64,000 nt of DNA from Desulfatiglandales bacterium. Its GTDB lineage: Bacteria; Desulfobacterota; DSM-4660; Desulfatiglandales; Desulfatiglandaceae. Below the pieces are notes generated by a model. That model made no database searches and was not told the DNA's origin. It saw only the letters and a list, made by a program, of their open reading frames with translations. The stretch is from assembly GCA_963662465.1 (NCBI GenBank), contig OY759599.1, forward strand, positions 6,528,001 to 6,592,000, in the 5' to 3' direction. A program made the position numbers and the translations under genes. Position 1 is the stretch's first letter; each line of letters opens with the position of its first letter. Shown here piece after piece: positions 61,429-64,000 of the stretch.

Positions 61429-62985
61429 ATGAAAAGGGAATTCATGGTCTTGGTTTTATTGGTGCCTTTGGTTGTTTTTACGGGAACAGGTTTTTCCAAA
61501 GATCCAGTAGACATCTTTACAATGGACACCTCCGTAAAGATTGAAACCGTTGCTGCCACCGTAACGGACCCTATTGAAGGGACTGAGGGAGGAATAACGC
61601 CCCAAGGCGATGAAGGGACAAAGAACACCATTTACGGACAATATGCGGGAGATAGCCTGACTTCTGACGCGGAGAAGAACACCCTTATTGGCGTGGCAGC
61701 TGGATCGGAACTCACTAACGGAGATTTCAACACCCTCGTTGGACACTATGCGGGATACGTTCTTACAACACAAACGAACAACACTTTCGTGGGAGGCACC
61801 GCAGGAAGAGGTGCAACCGGAAGCTCCAATACCTACATCGGCTACGCCGCAGGATATAAAGATTCCTATCCCTATGCGAATAGTGGTTCCGGAAATACCT
61901 TTGTGGGATGTGAGGCAGGCACGTTAAACGCAAGCGGTTACAACAACACTTTCGTGGGAAAGGATGCCGGAAAGGCAAACTTTACAGGAAAATGGAATAC
62001 TTTCATTGGCCGTGCAGCAGGGCAGGCCAATACCTCGGCAGATTCCAACACCTTTCTGGGAGACGGCGCTGGAATGGCCAACACCACTGGGCACCACAAT
62101 ACCTTCTTGGGGGACGCTGCCGGAATTACCAATCTCGACGGCCATTCCAATATTTATATTGGAGATGATGCAGGATACAAGAACAAATCAGGCTCTGACA
62201 ATATTTTTGTCGGTCGAAGCTCAGGTTATACAACTAACGAAGGTGAGAAGAACGTCTTTTTAGGTGGCAATGCCGGATACAATAACAGCAATGGCAGTTT
62301 TAACGTTTTCGTGGGATATGAAGCAGGCAAAGAAAACGATGGGGGACAAATTAATTCTTTCTTTGGAATAAAAGCGGGATACAAAACCATCGGAGGATCG
62401 TCAAATACCTTTGTCGGTGGCTATGCTGGATACAACAATACTGACGGTATGCGCAACGTTTTTATCGGAAGAGATGCAGGGCGTAATCAAAATGAATCAG
62501 ATAAACTTTTTATTGACAATTCAAGCGTTGCCACACCGCTTATCTGGGGAGATTTTAGCACCAATAACGTGGTGATCTACGGTGGCTTTAGGTCCATTGC
62601 CAGTTACACCTCTTCAGACAAACGGTGGAAGAAGAATATCCAACCGTTGGAATCATCCTTGGACAAAATAACCAGCCTTCAGGGCGTGAGCTATAAGTGG
62701 AAAACTGGCGAATATCCCGATATGGGAATGACGGAACGCAAACAAATCGGCCTGGTTGCACAGGACGTTGAAAAAGAGCTGCCTGAGTTGGTGTCCGAAG
62801 ACAAGAACGGATACAAAGCGGTATCTTACACCAAACTGACCGCTGTTCTCGTTGAAGCGGTAAAGGAATTAAAGGCTGAAAATCAGAGCCAGAAAAAACT
62901 TATAGAGGAGCAACGCAATCAATTTACGAAACAACAATCCGAAATTGAAGAATTACGTTCGATGTTAAAGGAATTGAAAAGCTGA
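61429..62985 (+). CDS. Secreted tail-fibre-domain protein with 14-residue NTFxGxxAG repeats and peptidase S74 chaperone
   Basis: Signal peptide; about 20 NTF(V/L/I)GxxAG-type repeats; SDKRWKKNI...IGLVAQDVE...VEAVKEL then coiled coil. Confidence 0.85.
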   Translation: MKREFMVLVLLVPLVVFTGTGFSKDPVDIFTMDTSVKIETVAATVTDPIEGTEGGITPQGDEGTKNTIYGQYAGDSLTSDAEKNTLIGVAAGSELTNGDFNTLVGHYAGYVLTTQTNNTFVGGTAGRGATGSSNTYIGYAAGYKDSYPYANSGSGNTFVGCEAGTLNASGYNNTFVGKDAGKANFTGKWNTFIGRAAGQANTSADSNTFLGDGAGMANTTGHHNTFLGDAAGITNLDGHSNIYIGDDAGYKNKSGSDNIFVGRSSGYTTNEGEKNVFLGGNAGYNNSNGSFNVFVGYEAGKENDGGQINSFFGIKAGYKTIGGSSNTFVGGYAGYNNTDGMRNVFIGRDAGRNQNESDKLFIDNSSVATPLIWGDFSTNNVVIYGGFRSIASYTSSDKRWKKNIQPLESSLDKITSLQGVSYKWKTGEYPDMGMTERKQIGLVAQDVEKELPELVSEDKNGYKAVSYTKLTAVLVEAVKELKAENQSQKKLIEEQRNQFTKQQSEIEELRSMLKELKS

Positions 62986-63194
62986 AGCTATTTAGTCAGA
63001 AGAGGAACCAATATGGGGAGGGACGATTACGGATTACACGGTCCTTTTGACGGCAGGATTGGCCTGTCGCCAATTAAGTAAAATCGTCAGGTGGCTTCTG
63101 GCACGGGGTCACCACCTCCCCACCAGTTTTGTTTATTGCAAAATGCTGTTCGGTCGGAATTGATATCCTGCACAATTTCTTGCAACCGAATGGT

Positions 63195-63520
63195 TGTGAT
63201 ATCATCACTGGGAGGGGGCGGTCTGACGGTTGAGAAATGCATGAAACTGGCCGTTTTTTGGGTTGCATAAGTTGGGTATATCTCCAACGTACCACAATCA
63301 AAGAGGACGTTGTGATATGAGCCACATATTGCATCCGGTCCGTATTTGAAAACCGCTTTCGACAAATGTTTGAGACCCCTACATCTTGTGGTCGAGCCCT
63401 TTTCAGATTGTTAATTCAAAAGTGAAGGTATCCTATATCATTCTTCTGTTGGGCTTGGAGCCCGGATGCGTGAAAAAAGCAGCCCCCTGGCACGATTTTT
63501 TTGCTTCAGCATGGAGAAGG
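63195..63520 (+). repeat. Non-coding repeat, copy C
   Basis: Homologous to 52578-52860, with about 40 extra bp that include an intact core site at 63260-63287. Confidence 0.85.
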
Positions 63521-63634
63521 ATGGCAATTCTAACCTTGAGTTTGAAAGCTTAACAGGCGGCTGAAAATCATCGCCGCCATATTTCCCTAAAAATGATCAA
63601 AAATCATCGAAATTCGCCCATTACTGTCTTGCCC

Positions 63635-64000
63635 CTACCCCAACATGTGGGGCTTGCCGTCATTGAACGTTAGACCGTTTTGTGTGAGTCGATACTTTTG
63701 AAGACGGCTTTTCGGTTTGTCCGGCAGTGTTATTTCCACAACTCCGGCGTCCATTGCCGGCAAAAGATATGCTTTGCTAAAATGCATTCTGTCCTTTAAC
63801 CCAACCCTCTTCATTATTTCGGTCCGGGTCATTTTGCTCTGCAACACGTTAAGGAGCTGTTTGATTTGCGGGGTGACTTGCGTGTCGTCCTTTTAATTCA
63901 AGGGTTCAGCAAAAGAAGAATGGAGAGGGAATTCGACTATAAAATAGGTCTGGTCCGGATCTGTGTGAAATATGGGTTCGGGAGATTCGTTTTTCCTGAT
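63635..64000 (-). pseudogene. 3' part of a RecG-C/Fic-type HTH ATP-binding protein gene with an in-frame stop
   Basis: Frame reads ..SPEPIFHTDPDQTYFIVEFP..AEPLN-TAA(63895-63893)-KDDTQVTPQIKQLL..PDKPKSRLQKYRLT. Confidence 0.6.

Noticed and set aside
53057..62985. Prophage tail region
   Set aside because: Proteins have signal peptides, and no other phage genes are in the window.
50000..63520. Repeats as a CRISPR array or integron attC cassettes
   Set aside because: No regular repeat-spacer period; no RYYYAAC...GTTRRRY attC hairpins or intI recognised; cargo genes have long leaders and mixed orientation.
1..64000. tRNA or rRNA genes
   Set aside because: No cloverleaf or rRNA signature recognised by eye; a covariance-model scan was not possible.

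Overview
Bacterial chromosomal segment, most likely from an anaerobic Desulfobacterota (deltaproteobacterial) genome; this is inferred from gene families, not from a marker gene. 1-49.3 kb is gene-dense. It holds hydantoinase/oxoprolinase and larE, followed by a surface-glycan locus: GT2, B12-radical SAM, carbamoyltransferase, GT-C membrane glycosyltransferase, a FecR protein with a Thr14 tail, an OM beta-barrel, short Wza, Wzc and a CpsB phosphatase. A second related sub-cluster lies at 33.4-37.5 kb. The region also carries three class III nucleotide cyclases, a complete group II intron inserted in the end of a REP-like element, a phoB/phoR-like pair, lepA-hemW, a small toxin-antitoxin-like pair, rnd and a selenium-associated LysR. 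After the LysR is a 74-codon TusA/SirA-like ORF missing from the ORF track, with an in-frame UGA (Cys-Sec) and a SECIS-like hairpin. 49.3-64 kb is an AT-richer accessory region of secreted repeat/fibre proteins (pentapeptide-repeat lipoprotein, beta-helix, three chaperone-domain fibre proteins) plus a diguanylate cyclase. These are separated by repeated non-coding modules whose ends fall on dif/Xer-like tyrosine-recombinase core sites, mostly with the spacer CTCAAT. That cassette array and the candidate selenoprotein are the most novel-looking signals. Everything was read by eye; no database searches were run.
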